Shown here piece by piece: positions 29,138 through 39,008 of a DNA stretch of 64,000 nt. This DNA comes from Candidatus Omnitrophota bacterium (lineage in GTDB: Bacteria > Omnitrophota > Gorgyraeia > Duberdicusellales > 4484-171), in assembly GCA_014729775.1 (NCBI GenBank), contig WJJJ01000022.1:13313-77312 (forward strand), read 5' to 3'. Each line of letters begins with the position of its first letter. Positions within the stretch are counted from its first letter, which is position 1. A program made the position numbers and the translations under genes. The notes under the pieces are model-generated. The model saw only the letters and a program-made list of their open reading frames with translations, ran no database searches and was not told the DNA's origin.

Positions 29138-30340
29138 TTATTCAGCCCGGGCGAGATAGGAACCGAAGACGAGCAGTAAAATACCCGCGAGACCGGTCAC
29201 GGCCGCGCCGTAGAAAAACGCGGATTGAGGAGAAATCCACTGCCAAAGACTCCCGACGATCAGTCCTTCAAGCACGCCGACAAAGCCGATCGTGGCGTGA
29301 AACACGCCTAAGGCGGTCGCCTTGAGGTGCGCCGGAGCCAGGTCGGCAATATATGCCCGTTCGTTCGCGTCGACAATCGCCATCACTACGCCGTAGAGAC
29401 AGAAGAGCACCAGAAACATACTGAACGACTGATAAAACGCGAAGCCCAGCGCGGTGAGCGCGAAAAGAAAATATCCGGCCGCGAGCACTTTCCGCCGGCC
29501 GATCTTGTCGGATAATATGCCGAAAGGCATCGATCCCGATGCGTACACGATATTGGAAATAATATAGAGCAGAATGGGAAGGGCGTTGGCGGAAAGCCCG
29601 GTACGCGTGGCAGAAAAATATTCGCGGGCGCGCAGAAGAAAAAACATATAGCTGAAATTCGCCAGATAAAACACCGCGGCGATAAAAATAAACGCTTTGA
29701 GCGGGCCGGAAAGACTCCTTAGGCTCAGGGAAAAGGTCACGCTTTGCGGCGCCGCCTTTTTGGCTTTGATGAGCAGGACCGGAAGCAGTGAGGTAAAAGA
29801 AAACGCCGCGGCGATAAAAATAATGGCGCGGAAATCGAACCGGAACACCCAGTACAACAGCAGCGTGACCGCCGCTCCGGCAACCGCCCCGAGCGTATCG
29901 CACATCCGGTGAAATCCAAACCCCTTGCCGCGCTGTCCCGGCAGAGAATCAGCAAGGATCGCGTCCCGCGGCGCGGTGCGCAGGCCCTTGCCGATCCGTT
30001 CCAGACCGGTAAAAATGAGTACGTGCTGCCACATTCGGGAAAACCCGAGCAACAGCTTGAACACTGCGGAATTCAGATAGCCCAAAAACACGAACCGTTT
30101 ACGATCCCCGGTTTTATCGGCCATGTACCCGCTCATAATCTTCACCAGGCTGGACACGCTCTCACGGACCCCGCTGATGACCCCGACCGCGAACCCTCCT
30201 CCGCCGAGCGAAGCGATAAACAAAGGCAGAATCGGCATGATCATCTCACTGCTTAAATCATTCAGGAAGCTGACCAGCCCCAGCAGATACACGTTCTTCT
30301 TTCTCTTTTCTCCCTTCTTCATGGATTGTTCACTCTTCAT
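29138..30340 (-). CDS. MFS transporter
   Basis: SFLNDLSSEM, RIGKGLRTAPRDA, SDKIGRR; about 12 TM helices. Confidence 0.9.
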   Translation of the reverse strand: MKSEQSMKKGEKRKKNVYLLGLVSFLNDLSSEMIMPILPLFIASLGGGGFAVGVISGVRESVSSLVKIMSGYMADKTGDRKRFVFLGYLNSAVFKLLLGFSRMWQHVLIFTGLERIGKGLRTAPRDAILADSLPGQRGKGFGFHRMCDTLGAVAGAAVTLLLYWVFRFDFRAIIFIAAAFSFTSLLPVLLIKAKKAAPQSVTFSLSLRSLSGPLKAFIFIAAVFYLANFSYMFFLLRAREYFSATRTGLSANALPILLYIISNIVYASGSMPFGILSDKIGRRKVLAAGYFLFALTALGFAFYQSFSMFLVLFCLYGVVMAIVDANERAYIADLAPAHLKATALGVFHATIGFVGVLEGLIVGSLWQWISPQSAFFYGAAVTGLAGILLLVFGSYLARAE

Positions 30341-30570
30341 TGAACGCTGCCTTGCACCGCAGGATTTTCCGCGGCTTTGCCGGCGACCGTTCCCGCCGCA
30401 GTCACGGCTTTCCCGGTCATGTCCGCGATTTTGCCGACCGTCGAAACGGTTTTTCCCACGGTATCAACCGTTTTCCCCGGAAGCCGGCACAACGCGCATC
30501 CCCCGGCGGAGAATAAAAAAAGCACGGTCAGCAACCGTACTCCTGCACTCATGTACGTCCTCATTCGCAT
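30337..30570 (-). CDS. Small putative lipoprotein
   Basis: Signal peptide ending AGGC; heptad-like GKTVxTV repeats; ATGA overlap with the MFS gene. Confidence 0.6.
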   Translation of the reverse strand: MRMRTYMSAGVRLLTVLFLFSAGGCALCRLPGKTVDTVGKTVSTVGKIADMTGKAVTAAGTVAGKAAENPAVQGSVQ

Positions 30571-30573
30571 TGT

Positions 30574-31539
30574 TCATCCGCCGTTTTCTATCAACAGCTC
30601 CCGAATCTTTCCCAGCAATGCATCCATTTTCGATTGTTCATTGGGGATCACGCATCCGGCCGCGTCAAAGTGCCCGCCGCCGTCGAATTTTTCCGCGGCT
30701 TCGGCCACATTCACCCGCCCCTTGGAGCGCATACTCACCCGCAGCCACCCTTCTTTCTTTTCCCGGAAAAGCACCGAAACCTCTACCCCCTGAATGGCGA
30801 GCATTTCCGAGGCGCCGGGATCGATATCTTCGTCGGCGCCTTGCACTCTCTCGAAATCCTCCTTGGTCACGATTGACCAGGCGATTTTTCCTTTCTGCAA
30901 GAAACTGCACCGGGACAAACAGATACCCAGCAGTACCGTCGCTTCCCGGCCTTGTGACCAGTATACCATTTCCGCCAGAGATGAAAAGTCAACACCCGTC
31001 TCGAGCAGTTTCGCGCATAAGGAAAACGTGAACGGGCGGACCTGCGGTACCCGGAAGGAAAGCGTCTCCACCACGATCGAGGTGAGGATGTTCTGCGCGA
31101 TCTCCGGCGTGAGCCCGACTCCAAGATCATCCAGCAGAAGGTACACCAGCTCGCCCACGGCCGCAGCGTCCTGATCCACTACCTGCACGTCTCCGAACGG
31201 TGCCCTGTATTCGTGATGATCGATCTCGACAATCTGCGCACTCTTTTCAAATACCGGCCGCACATCCCCCAGCATCTGTTTCATGCTCACGTCGACCGAT
31301 ATCGCCAGGTCCATTTCGGCATCCGTGGTGCTTCGCACTTCTCCGGCCCCGGGAAGACGTCGAAACCGCGGAGGGAATTCGTCGTGGCTCAGCATCCAGA
31401 CGCGTTTCCCCAACGTCCGCAGTCCGAGTCCGAGCGCGAGCAGAGACCCTATGCAATCCCCGTCCGGATTGAGATGGCCGGCGACCGCGATTGTGTCCGC
31501 GGCCCGGATGAGTTCCGCGGCTTGCGGCATATCCTTCAC
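30574..31539 (-). CDS. DHH/DHHA1 phosphoesterase (NrnA-like)
   Basis: HLNPDGDCIGS, IDHH, SMRSK, GGGHFDAAG. Probable GTG start overlaps the upstream stop. Confidence 0.9.
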   Translation of the reverse strand: MKDMPQAAELIRAADTIAVAGHLNPDGDCIGSLLALGLGLRTLGKRVWMLSHDEFPPRFRRLPGAGEVRSTTDAEMDLAISVDVSMKQMLGDVRPVFEKSAQIVEIDHHEYRAPFGDVQVVDQDAAAVGELVYLLLDDLGVGLTPEIAQNILTSIVVETLSFRVPQVRPFTFSLCAKLLETGVDFSSLAEMVYWSQGREATVLLGICLSRCSFLQKGKIAWSIVTKEDFERVQGADEDIDPGASEMLAIQGVEVSVLFREKKEGWLRVSMRSKGRVNVAEAAEKFDGGGHFDAAGCVIPNEQSKMDALLGKIRELLIENGG

Positions 31540-32036
31540 AGTGAATCCTTCAATTTTGAGAAAACTGCCGGAACACAATGCTGATCGAGCACCTCGAACC
31601 GTTCCTTTTGAGATTCGAACTTTTTTTCCTGCTTCAAATTCCTGCGTTCAGCTCGCTTTTCTTTTAACAGCCGGGCAAACACTCCTTTGTATTCCGGCGC
31701 CGCCCGAGAAGAAGCGAGCATCTTGTAAAAAGAAACGGCGATACGGTTCATCTCTAAACCGATATTGACCGCTCCCTGTACGGAAAACTGTTCGGGATTA
31801 AGCCGGCACAGCTCACATTCCGGAACCGACACGTCGATCTTCCCTTTCCGTGCCTGCAGTATTTCCCGCAGGGTCTCAGCGCGGAATTTCGCCTGTTCGG
31901 CCATCCCTCTGAACAGCTTTTTCGTTTTCCCGTTTTTAAGCACCGCGGCTAAATGCCGGGAGCAGTTGTACGTGACATATTCGGCGCATATCGTCTGATT
32001 GATCACCGGCCTGATGTCTTCACTTGTTTTTTTCAT
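31536..32036 (-). CDS. Degenerate ferritin-fold protein with CxxC
   Basis: Four-helix pattern (AE..Y, GLEM....FY) but ExxH ligands appear lost; internal CELC. Confidence 0.55.
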   Translation of the reverse strand: MKKTSEDIRPVINQTICAEYVTYNCSRHLAAVLKNGKTKKLFRGMAEQAKFRAETLREILQARKGKIDVSVPECELCRLNPEQFSVQGAVNIGLEMNRIAVSFYKMLASSRAAPEYKGVFARLLKEKRAERRNLKQEKKFESQKERFEVLDQHCVPAVFSKLKDSL

Positions 32037-32063
32037 CGTGCCCCTCCATATCTCTTCACTCCT

Positions 32064-32861
32064 TCATCTCAACTGCGCGATCACCGGAGCGTGATCTGAA
32101 GGTTTTGGGCTTTTCCGGGCGCGCGCCGCGCGGGCAACAGTAATACGGACCAGCTTATCACGAACCGGAGCCGTACCCAGTGCGTAATCGATCCTCATCC
32201 CGCGATTTTTCTTCCACGCGTCCCCGTAATAATCCCACCAGGTAAAAGCTTTCTTCCTCGGATATTTTTCCCTGAATAAATCATGCAATCCCCAATTGAG
32301 CAGATCATTAAATACCTCGCGTTCCTTCGGATAGGTCCCCACGGCATTCCCGCCGGCACGTGCATTATACACGTCTGTATCGCTTCGCGCGACATTAAAA
32401 TCCCCCATCATAACTATTTTTTCCGAAGGACGGAAATGCCCGGTGAGATACGTGAGCAATTGCAGATACCATTCCAGCTTGGCGAAGTATTTTTCGCTTC
32501 CTTCCCGGTCCCCGTGAGGCGCGTACAACGAAAACACCCGGTAGCCCCGGACCATCCCCGAAAGAATACGTCTCTCCTCGTCTTCCGCCTCCTCTCCCCA
32601 TCCTTTTCGCACGTCTTTGATCGGTACCCGGGAACAAAGAGCTACGCCGTGCCGGCCGCGCCGCCCCCAGCACACGGACTGATAACCCCAGCGCGCGAAC
32701 TCGTCATAAGGAAACTTTTCGGATTCGGTTTTCACCTCCTGAAGACACAGCACGTCAATTCCGCTGTTCTTGTCCGCGCATAACCGTTCGCACAACGGCA
32801 GACGGGCATGAATCCCGTTCACGTTAAATGTGCCTACCGTCAGGGGTGTTCGTTTCACCAT
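32064..32861 (-). CDS. xth: Exodeoxyribonuclease III
   Basis: TFNVNG, LQEVK, YAPHG, GDFN, FTWWDY, RIDY, SDHAP. Confidence 0.93.
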   Translation of the reverse strand: MVKRTPLTVGTFNVNGIHARLPLCERLCADKNSGIDVLCLQEVKTESEKFPYDEFARWGYQSVCWGRRGRHGVALCSRVPIKDVRKGWGEEAEDEERRILSGMVRGYRVFSLYAPHGDREGSEKYFAKLEWYLQLLTYLTGHFRPSEKIVMMGDFNVARSDTDVYNARAGGNAVGTYPKEREVFNDLLNWGLHDLFREKYPRKKAFTWWDYYGDAWKKNRGMRIDYALGTAPVRDKLVRITVARAARARKSPKPSDHAPVIAQLR

Positions 32862-34018
32862 AACACGTTCGCAAGGTACCCCAGCACGAGCACCTGTGGA
32901 ACGGTCACTGCGGGAAGCCACAACGCGGTTTTTCTTCCGACGTTATGCCAAATCAGTCCGATTTCCGTATAATCGGTCGCAACGCCGGCCATGAGAAACA
33001 CAAAACTGTTTCCCAACGCTCCGGTTTCGCGAAAGATCGCGAACGCCAGCGGTGCCGACCCTTCGGAACAGACTTCGATCACCGTCGCCAGCGCCAGTGT
33101 CAGGCCTAACCCGAGAAGCGTGGGCCCCATATACGCCTGGAACAACTCCTGGGGAATGTAGGCATTGGCCGCGCTCGCGATTCCCATTCCGATCAAGATC
33201 CACCACAGGACCATATTCCCAAGCGCCAGACTCCCGTCAAAGATCCCTTTCAGGTCCTTCTTCACCCGCCGCGCCGAAAACCGATAATTTTTTCCCCGCC
33301 GGACGATATCCTCCCGGATGGAAAATCCCTGCACAACGTCGGCGGTATGGGTGTTCTTTTCTATCAGCCCCTTTTTTTCAAGAAATTGGAACACATATCC
33401 GGACACGATCCCTATGACCAGCGCCGATCCTATGATATAAACGGCGCCCGCCCCGAAGAACCCGAAGAGCATAATCGTCAAGGTGATATTCGCCCACGGC
33501 GAGGCCAATAAAAACGCGACTACCGCGGGGCCTGACGCTCCTTTTTTATGTAACTGAATCGCCAGCGCGAGGATCCCGTGTGAACAGGCGCTCATTAAAA
33601 ACCCCAAAAAAACGGAATACAGTATTGTTCTTTTCCGCGGGCGGGAAAGCACGGCCGAAATATACTCACGGGGGATAAAGTGATCAATCACTCCGCCGAG
33701 CACTAATCCCAACAGCACCGCCCACCAAATCATCCCCGCGTAGGCAGCAAGCGCCTGCCGGAACGGACGCAGGACAGGGACAAAAAACCCGGTCCCGTAC
33801 AGCGCGCCCAGCACGGCTGCGACCACCACTGCTTTGTTGGCATACCATTTCGTCCGGGGAGATCGGCACGCCGGGCATTTCTTCCCGGGAAGACCTTTCT
33901 CCCGGGAAAACTTATCGGCACAGCGCGCGCTGCAGAAAAAATAAGTACGCCCTTCGTGCTCGATTCGGATGCCTTTTTTTTCGTTTACCTGCATTCCGCA
34001 GATCGGATCTTGTGCCAT
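32855..34018 (-). CDS. YHS-domain permease (DUF318/ArsP-like)
   Basis: N-terminal DPICGM..YFFCS..C (YHS); ACSHG, FLLASP, VCSEGSAP. Confidence 0.85.
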   Translation of the reverse strand: MAQDPICGMQVNEKKGIRIEHEGRTYFFCSARCADKFSREKGLPGKKCPACRSPRTKWYANKAVVVAAVLGALYGTGFFVPVLRPFRQALAAYAGMIWWAVLLGLVLGGVIDHFIPREYISAVLSRPRKRTILYSVFLGFLMSACSHGILALAIQLHKKGASGPAVVAFLLASPWANITLTIMLFGFFGAGAVYIIGSALVIGIVSGYVFQFLEKKGLIEKNTHTADVVQGFSIREDIVRRGKNYRFSARRVKKDLKGIFDGSLALGNMVLWWILIGMGIASAANAYIPQELFQAYMGPTLLGLGLTLALATVIEVCSEGSAPLAFAIFRETGALGNSFVFLMAGVATDYTEIGLIWHNVGRKTALWLPAVTVPQVLVLGYLANVLW

Positions 34019-34022
34019 AGGC

Positions 34023-34973
34023 TTACCATTTTACCTGATCAATGATCTCCTGAAGTTTTTTCGCCGACCCCTGGAACTGTTCCCGCTCCTTTTCGGATAA
34101 TTTCAACCGCAGCGCACGCACGATCCCCTTCCGGTTCACCAGTGCCGGGACACTCAGGCACACATCATCAATTCCGTAATAGCCTTCGATCAGCGAAGAA
34201 ACCGGCAGTACGGAATTTTCGTCACGGAGAATTGCTTCCACGATCCGGACCAATGCGAGGGCAACCGCATAATATGTCGCTCCTTTGGCGTCGATGATTT
34301 TATACGCGGCATTTTTCACCTCCGCAAAGATCCCTCCGAGAGTTTTCAGGTAATCGCACCTCTCGTCGCACAAGGGACAATACTCCGACAGCACCATTCC
34401 CCCGATACTCGCCAAACTCCATACGGGAAGTTCGCTGTCACCGTGTTCGCCGATGATATAGGCGTGCACGTTACGGGGATCAACGTGACAATGCTGACTG
34501 ATCAGAAACCGCAAACGCGAACTGTCAAGCACCGTTCCGGATCCGAGGACCCGGTTGGGTGAAAACCCCGATATCTTGATCGTCGCGTACGTGAGCACGT
34601 CGACCGGATTAGTCACCACCAGCAGGATCGCGTCTTTGGCGTATCGAATCACCTCAGGAATGATCTCTTTAAAAATATCTGCGTTTTTCTGCACGAGCTC
34701 AAGCCGGCTTTGCCCGGGTTTTTGTTTCGCTCCGGCGGTAATCACTACGATGTCCGCCCCCGCACACCCTTCGTATCCGGAGGCGTAGATACGCGCCGGC
34801 CGGGTAAAACTCATGCCGTGATTCAAATCCATGCACTCACCTTCGGCGCGTTTCCTGTCCCGGTCCACCAGGACGATCTCTCGGGCCGCGCCGCTCAGCA
34901 TCAACGCGTAGGCAAAAGTGCTGCCTACATTCCCTGCCCCGATAATCGAAATTTTGCTGTTGGTTTTATTCAT
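34023..34973 (-). CDS. ldh: L-lactate dehydrogenase
   Basis: GAGNVG, AKQKPGQSRLEL, TNPVD, LDSSR, GEHGDS, KGATYY. Confidence 0.93.
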   Translation of the reverse strand: MNKTNSKISIIGAGNVGSTFAYALMLSGAAREIVLVDRDRKRAEGECMDLNHGMSFTRPARIYASGYEGCAGADIVVITAGAKQKPGQSRLELVQKNADIFKEIIPEVIRYAKDAILLVVTNPVDVLTYATIKISGFSPNRVLGSGTVLDSSRLRFLISQHCHVDPRNVHAYIIGEHGDSELPVWSLASIGGMVLSEYCPLCDERCDYLKTLGGIFAEVKNAAYKIIDAKGATYYAVALALVRIVEAILRDENSVLPVSSLIEGYYGIDDVCLSVPALVNRKGIVRALRLKLSEKEREQFQGSAKKLQEIIDQVKW

Positions 34974-34986
34974 CTTTTCTCCTTTT

Positions 34987-35418
34987 CTACCGCAGATCAA
35001 CAATGAGCGCCGCGATCAAGGCGAGCGCCGAAGAGAAAAAAATAAAAAAATAATTAATTCTGTCTTTTTTTGAATGCAGTCCGCAAAGAATCGTCCCTAT
35101 CACTTCGTAATCCGCGTCCGTCAAAGGATCCCGGTGCAGAAATTTTCTTACCAATTGCCGGTCTTTTAGTTCGCGCTGTACGACCGAATCTTTACGGTAC
35201 TTATAAATAAAAAAAACCGTGAATCCGCAAACCCCCACATACCAAAGAGCTTTTGCCGTACCGGTATGGAAATCAAGCACCACATTGACCGCCCGGAGAG
35301 AAATGGTAGCGACCAGCGCGATAAGAAAAAACACCATACTCTTCCTGCTGTGGGTGCACTTCTTTAACCGAAAACATTCATGGCAGACAAAGTGCTGCCC
35401 GCGGGCGGACGCACTCAT
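34987..35418 (-). CDS. Hypothetical membrane protein with N-terminal Cys/His motif
   Basis: HFVCHECFRLKKCTH followed by three TM helices; ATGA overlap with upstream gene. Confidence 0.7.
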   Translation of the reverse strand: MSASARGQHFVCHECFRLKKCTHSRKSMVFFLIALVATISLRAVNVVLDFHTGTAKALWYVGVCGFTVFFIYKYRKDSVVQRELKDRQLVRKFLHRDPLTDADYEVIGTILCGLHSKKDRINYFFIFFSSALALIAALIVDLR

Positions 35419-35936
35419 ACCCCGCCCCCCCCGGACTTCAACTGCTGCCACAGCGATTTAAAGAGATCCTTATGCCTCTGTTCTTCGGCAATGATCTCTT
35501 CCAGCCGGCTCTTCACTTCCGGTGAGGACACGTTGTTTTTACAGAGTTCATAAAAATTTATGGCCCGGTTCTCCGCTACCATTCCTAATTTCAGCGCGTC
35601 CTCCGGTGATGACACCGCACGCTTGAACCGTTCCGCATCGTGAAGAGGTGCGAACACCCCGTACTGCATACTGCTGAGCAAATCATCCTCATCGTGATCC
35701 TGTTCGGCGTGTTCCTGCTGTGCGTAGAGACAATTTTCAAAAAAATGTAAATGTTCTTTTTCCTCGTTGAGCAGCAGATCAAACGTTTCCCGCAACCGGG
35801 CATCGTCCGCCGCTTCGAGCAAATCCTGATAGAACTTTATCCCGTCTTTTTCGATCTTACAGGCAATCACATACGCTTCCACCGCGTCAAAATCGGTCAC
35901 CGTAAACTTCCCGTTTTTTTCTTCGATCTTCATCAC
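35415..35936 (-). CDS. Rubrerythrin-like ferritin-fold protein
   Basis: IEKDGIKFY, EEKEH, AENRAINFY, EEQRH. Confidence 0.87.
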   Translation of the reverse strand: MMKIEEKNGKFTVTDFDAVEAYVIACKIEKDGIKFYQDLLEAADDARLRETFDLLLNEEKEHLHFFENCLYAQQEHAEQDHDEDDLLSSMQYGVFAPLHDAERFKRAVSSPEDALKLGMVAENRAINFYELCKNNVSSPEVKSRLEEIIAEEQRHKDLFKSLWQQLKSGGGGV

Positions 35937-36062
35937 GCTCCTTTCGTTTCGCTCAGAAACACAGAACCCCCGACACCAAACTTGAGAAAGATTACTTTAT
36001 AATAATCATTCTTCACCGTCAATCTCTTTTTTCGCCTTTTCTCTGACCGAAGGGAACTTCGT

Positions 36063-36260
36063 TTAGGAATTACGGACAAAATAGGGAGGTTCTTTCCTTT
36101 TCACCGCGAATTCGGCGAAACAAAGCGCATGGTAAGGACAGAATCGGTCTTGTGAGGAATGCGTACAGTGACCGCAGTATTTCCGGCGCAGCTCTGCGTG
36201 CTTGCGCCGGATATCCGGAACGGAGAACATCGAAAAAAAAGGGTCGTTTTTCACTTTCAT
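36063..36260 (-). CDS. Small 65-aa Cys/His-rich hypothetical protein
   Basis: ATG at 36260 after AAGGAG; CGHC..CPYHALC motif. The longer 224-aa ORF in this frame looks non-coding upstream of this ATG. Confidence 0.5.
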   Translation of the reverse strand: MKVKNDPFFSMFSVPDIRRKHAELRRKYCGHCTHSSQDRFCPYHALCFAEFAVKRKEPPYFVRNS

Positions 36261-36745
36261 CTCTCTTGCACTCCTTGCCGGTCTCTCTTCGATGCTCCTG
36301 CGCGCGGCGGGAAACCGGGTTTTCTGGCGTGGCGCTCCCTCTCCTCCCGACACCGGAAGCAAGAGCCCCCTTCCGAAAAAGGCCTGCATGCCTCCGGCTT
36401 CCCGTCTCCCGGCGGCGCCTTCGAAAGACCGGTCCGCCCGGAAACGAGCGCCCAGAGGCACTCCGAAACGCCGATCCGCGCTCATGCTCCTCCACGGACC
36501 ACGCATCTGCTCCTCATCGAAAGACACACCGAAACGGCGGTTCATGCGAATTACCCCAATCCTCCACCAGCCACGGAAGAGGTAAGATCGGGCTTTTCTC
36601 CGAACCGTCACTGCGATCACTCTTGCGACAGGGCAACCGCGCAGCCGCAGAAAAGCGAAATAGGTATCTTCCACGGACCGTCTTTCGACACAGGCCCGGG
36701 AACCAAGGTGAACACCCCCCAGGAGCGCATTACACACCTTTATGG
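36261..36745 (-). ncRNA. Candidate structured non-coding RNA or long leader (family unidentified)
   Basis: Follows a promoter; nested helices (36667-36676/36571-36580; 36649-36656/36592-36599); closing helix 36720-36726/36294-36300; several UUCG/GNRA-like loops. Confidence 0.4.
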
Positions 36746-36749
36746 TGTG

Positions 36750-36777
36750 ATATTATCACCCACATCCATTCTGTCAA
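36750..36777 (-). promoter_or_regulatory. Putative sigma70 promoter just downstream of the fusA terminator
   Basis: Minus strand TTGACA-N16-TAATAT. Confidence 0.55.
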
Positions 36778-36789
36778 GGCGCGCCGCGC

Positions 36790-36823
36790 AAAAAAAAAGG
36801 CCGCTGCGACACACGCAGCGGCC
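36790..36823 (-). terminator. Rho-independent terminator of fusA
   Basis: Perfect 10-bp stem GGCCGCTGCG/CGCAGCGGCC, 5-nt loop, followed by 9 U on the minus strand. Confidence 0.9.
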
Positions 36824-36843
36824 AGGTTTATTTCCTCTGTGGT

Positions 36844-38940
36844 CTAGCGGGATTTCTCCGCCTTCTTTTCCTCGATGATCTTTTCGGCAATTTCGTAAGG
36901 AACCTCGACATACTTTTCGAAATGCATACTGTAGGTCGCCCTCCCGCTGGTCAACGATCTTAAAGTAGTCGCGTATCCGAACATTTCGGAAAGCGGAGCT
37001 TCGGCCGAGATCACCTGATTGCCCGCCTTGGAATCGATCCCGAGCACTTTTCCTCTTCGGGAACACACATTGCCCACGACGCTTCCGACAAAATCCTCCG
37101 GGGTATTCACTTCCAACGACATCGAAGGCTCGAGCAATACCGGAGCACAGCGCATGAAGGCCAGCTTAAAGCATTCGCTTCCCGCGATCTTAAACGCCAT
37201 TTCCGAAGAGTCGACATCGTGGTAGGAACCGTCTACCAGATTTACCCGAACGTCAACCACCGGATACCCGGCCATAACCCCCTTCTTCATCGTTTCGATA
37301 ATCCCCTTTTCCACCGCGGGAATATATTCGCGGGGAATCGCCCCGCCGGTGATCTTGTTGTTAAACTCAAATCCTTCGCCCGGATTTGCCGGCTCGATCT
37401 CCAGCACCACATGGCCGTACTGTCCCCGCCCCCCGGTTTGCTTCGCGTATTTGTGATCCTCCCGGGTATTATTGAGAATAGTCTCTTTGTAGGCCACTTT
37501 CGGCTGACCGATCACCGCCGCAACTTTAAACTCGTGCTTCAAGCGGTCAACGATCACTTCCAAATGTAATTCTCCCATCCCGGAGAGAATCGTTTCTTCG
37601 GTTTCCTGATCAAAACCGACGGTAAAGGTGGGGTCTTCCTCTGCGAGGCGCGCGAGCGCTTTCCCTAATTTTTCCTGCTCTGCCCGGCTTTCCGGTTTAA
37701 TACTGATCGCCATCACCGGCGCGGGAAATTCGATCGCCTCAAGCAGCACCGGGTTTTCCGGATCGCATAACGTATCTCCGGTCACCGTATGATCAAGTCC
37801 GATCGCCGCGCCGATATCGCCGGCATACAGCGTCTCGCGCATTTCCCGCTGATTGGCGTGCATCTGCAAAATCCTGCCGACCCGCTCTTTCCTTCCTTTC
37901 GTGGAATTCAGCACGTACGAACCGGATTCGAGCTTTCCGGAGTAGATGCGAAAATAAATCAGCTTCCCCATATGGGGATCTGCCTGCACCTTAAACGCCA
38001 GCGCCGAAAAGCGATCGTCATCGTTCGCTTTGCGGATCACTTTTTTCTCTTTGTCATCCGGATCCATCGCCTCGGTCGGCGGAAGGTCAAGCGGCGAGGG
38101 GAGAAACCGCGTTACCGCGTCCAGCAGCCGCTGTACGCCTTTATTCTTAAACGCCGAACCGCACATAAGCGGAACGATATCGTTATTCACCGTCCCTTTC
38201 CGGATCGCTTTTTCCAGTTCCTCTTTCGAAATACTGTCTTCCGATTCCAGATATTTTTCCATCAGAGAGTCTTCCAGCTCGACTGCTTTTTCCACCATCA
38301 CGTGGTGATATTTTTTGGCCGTGTCCAGGTAGTCCGCGGGAATTTCTTCAGCATGATAATTTTTCCCGAAGGACTCGTCGTCGTAGATATACGCCTTCAT
38401 ATCCATCAAATCAATGATCCCGCGAAACTTATCCTCGGCTCCGATCGGAATCTGCAGGGGGATCACGTTCGCCTTAAGCTGATTTTCTATATTTTTCAGC
38501 ACTCCGAAGAAATCGGCACCGATCCGGTCCATCTTATTCACGAACGCGATCTTCGGTACATTATACTTTTCAGACTGCCGCCAGACGGTTTCCGACTGCG
38601 GCTCCACGCCTCCCACCGCGCAAAAAATCGCGATGGCTCCGTCCAAAACCCGCAGGGACCGCTCGACCTCTACCGTAAAATCCACGTGTCCCGGAGTATC
38701 GATGATATTAATGCGGTGATCGTTCCAGAAACAGGTCGTCGCCGCGGAAGTAATCGTGATTCCCCGCTCCTGTTCCTGCTTCATCCAATCCATCTGCGCC
38801 TGCCCGTCGTGCACCTCGCCGATTTTGTGAGTTTTCCCGGTATAATACAATACACGCTCGGTAAGAGTCGTTTTCCCCGCGTCAATATGGGCCATAATCC
38901 CGATATTGCGCACCATATGCAGTTCAACCTTTCTTGCCAT
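36844..38940 (-). CDS. fusA: Elongation factor G (canonical motifs, outside the str operon)
   Basis: [56 protein letters not shown]; AAGGAGG RBS before ATG at 38940. Confidence 0.96.
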   Translation of the reverse strand: MARKVELHMVRNIGIMAHIDAGKTTLTERVLYYTGKTHKIGEVHDGQAQMDWMKQEQERGITITSAATTCFWNDHRINIIDTPGHVDFTVEVERSLRVLDGAIAIFCAVGGVEPQSETVWRQSEKYNVPKIAFVNKMDRIGADFFGVLKNIENQLKANVIPLQIPIGAEDKFRGIIDLMDMKAYIYDDESFGKNYHAEEIPADYLDTAKKYHHVMVEKAVELEDSLMEKYLESEDSISKEELEKAIRKGTVNNDIVPLMCGSAFKNKGVQRLLDAVTRFLPSPLDLPPTEAMDPDDKEKKVIRKANDDDRFSALAFKVQADPHMGKLIYFRIYSGKLESGSYVLNSTKGRKERVGRILQMHANQREMRETLYAGDIGAAIGLDHTVTGDTLCDPENPVLLEAIEFPAPVMAISIKPESRAEQEKLGKALARLAEEDPTFTVGFDQETEETILSGMGELHLEVIVDRLKHEFKVAAVIGQPKVAYKETILNNTREDHKYAKQTGGRGQYGHVVLEIEPANPGEGFEFNNKITGGAIPREYIPAVEKGIIETMKKGVMAGYPVVDVRVNLVDGSYHDVDSSEMAFKIAGSECFKLAFMRCAPVLLEPSMSLEVNTPEDFVGSVVGNVCSRRGKVLGIDSKAGNQVISAEAPLSEMFGYATTLRSLTSGRATYSMHFEKYVEVPYEIAEKIIEEKKAEKSR

Positions 38941-39008
38941 GAGTATCAATCCTCCTTAGATATTCAACGGGTCTTAAAGATGTTATTGTAATAAAAAAAG
39001 AAGAGAAA

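Noticed and set aside
36536-36725. tmRNA, RNase P or tRNA identity for the structured region (GGGGGTG start on minus, CCTCCACCA on plus)
   Set aside because: The two motifs are on opposite strands; no T-loop GTTCGA in the right place and no RNase P GAGGAAAGTCC.
36063-36878. Several overlapping 127-239 aa ORFs on both strands
   Set aside because: Arg/Pro-rich composition typical of non-coding GC-rich DNA; only the last 65 codons of the minus-strand ORF were kept.
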